From the IMG/VR virus record IMGVR_UViG_3300029705_000023, positions 173,563 through 187,654 of that record: a stretch of DNA of 14,092 nucleotides; one strand, 5' to 3'. The notes beneath the pieces were generated by a model. The model had not been told where the DNA came from. It saw only the letters and a program-made list of their open reading frames with translations, and did no database searches. This DNA comes from a virus. Lineage: Duplodnaviria; Heunggongvirae; Uroviricota; Caudoviricetes. Position 1 is the stretch's first letter. Each line of letters opens with the position of its first letter. Both the position numbers and the translations under genes were made by a program. Below, piece by piece: positions 13,937-14,092 of the stretch.

Positions 13937-14092
13937 ATGGACCGTATGGATCGGATCATAGAGCGTAGTAAACAGCTGCGGAAAGAGGCAAATTTAAGGC
14001 TTGTAAAAGAAGGAGGTGGAGGACAGGCAGTTAAAAACTTCGGACTGGGACTTTGGCGCTTTTTTACCGGATACGGCAAGAATCAGAAAGTA
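13937..14092 (+). CDS. 3'-truncated hypothetical protein (MDRMDRIIERSKQLRKEANLRLVKEGGGGQAVKNFGLGLWRFFTGYGKNQKV...)
   Basis: Not in the ORF track; RBS AAGGAG at 13922-13927, ATG 13937, frame open to the window end. Confidence 0.8.
   Translation, partial: MDRMDRIIERSKQLRKEANLRLVKEGGGGQAVKNFGLGLWRFFTGYGKNQKV

Larger units (their letters stand above)
1..14092. mobile_element. Segment of a large tailed phage/prophage genome encoding its own multisubunit RNA polymerase
   Basis: Divergent stand-alone beta' half-subunit, orphan Dam-type MTase, gp25-like baseplate gene, probable portal, many tightly overlapping hypothetical ORFs, and no bacterial housekeeping context (no rpoB, rplL or rpsL neighbours). 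Confidence 0.8.

Overview
This window looks like part of a large, probably contractile-tailed (myovirus/jumbo-type) phage or prophage genome rather than a bacterial core chromosome. Left arm (+): the 3' end of a probable portal gene, a Dam-family adenine methyltransferase, and a stand-alone C-terminal half of a multisubunit RNA polymerase beta' subunit. That subunit has a remodelled trigger loop, has lost the Zn ligands and carries an internal duplication. Middle: an AT-richer accessory island in which an ABC-type ATPase + HNH pair (Septu/PtuAB-like, - strand) is flanked by two divergent Panacea (DUF4065) genes with no adjacent toxin or reverse transcriptase, plus a structured intergenic region. 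Two unrelated small genes end in the same ~46-bp stop+terminator module, which brackets a 599-aa orphan gene. Right arm: a gp25-like baseplate gene and a tightly coupled operon of hypothetical proteins, several sharing a K-x-A/S/G motif and Gly/Ala-rich helices. No rRNA, tRNA or CRISPR array was seen. All family calls come from motif recognition by eye, not database searches.
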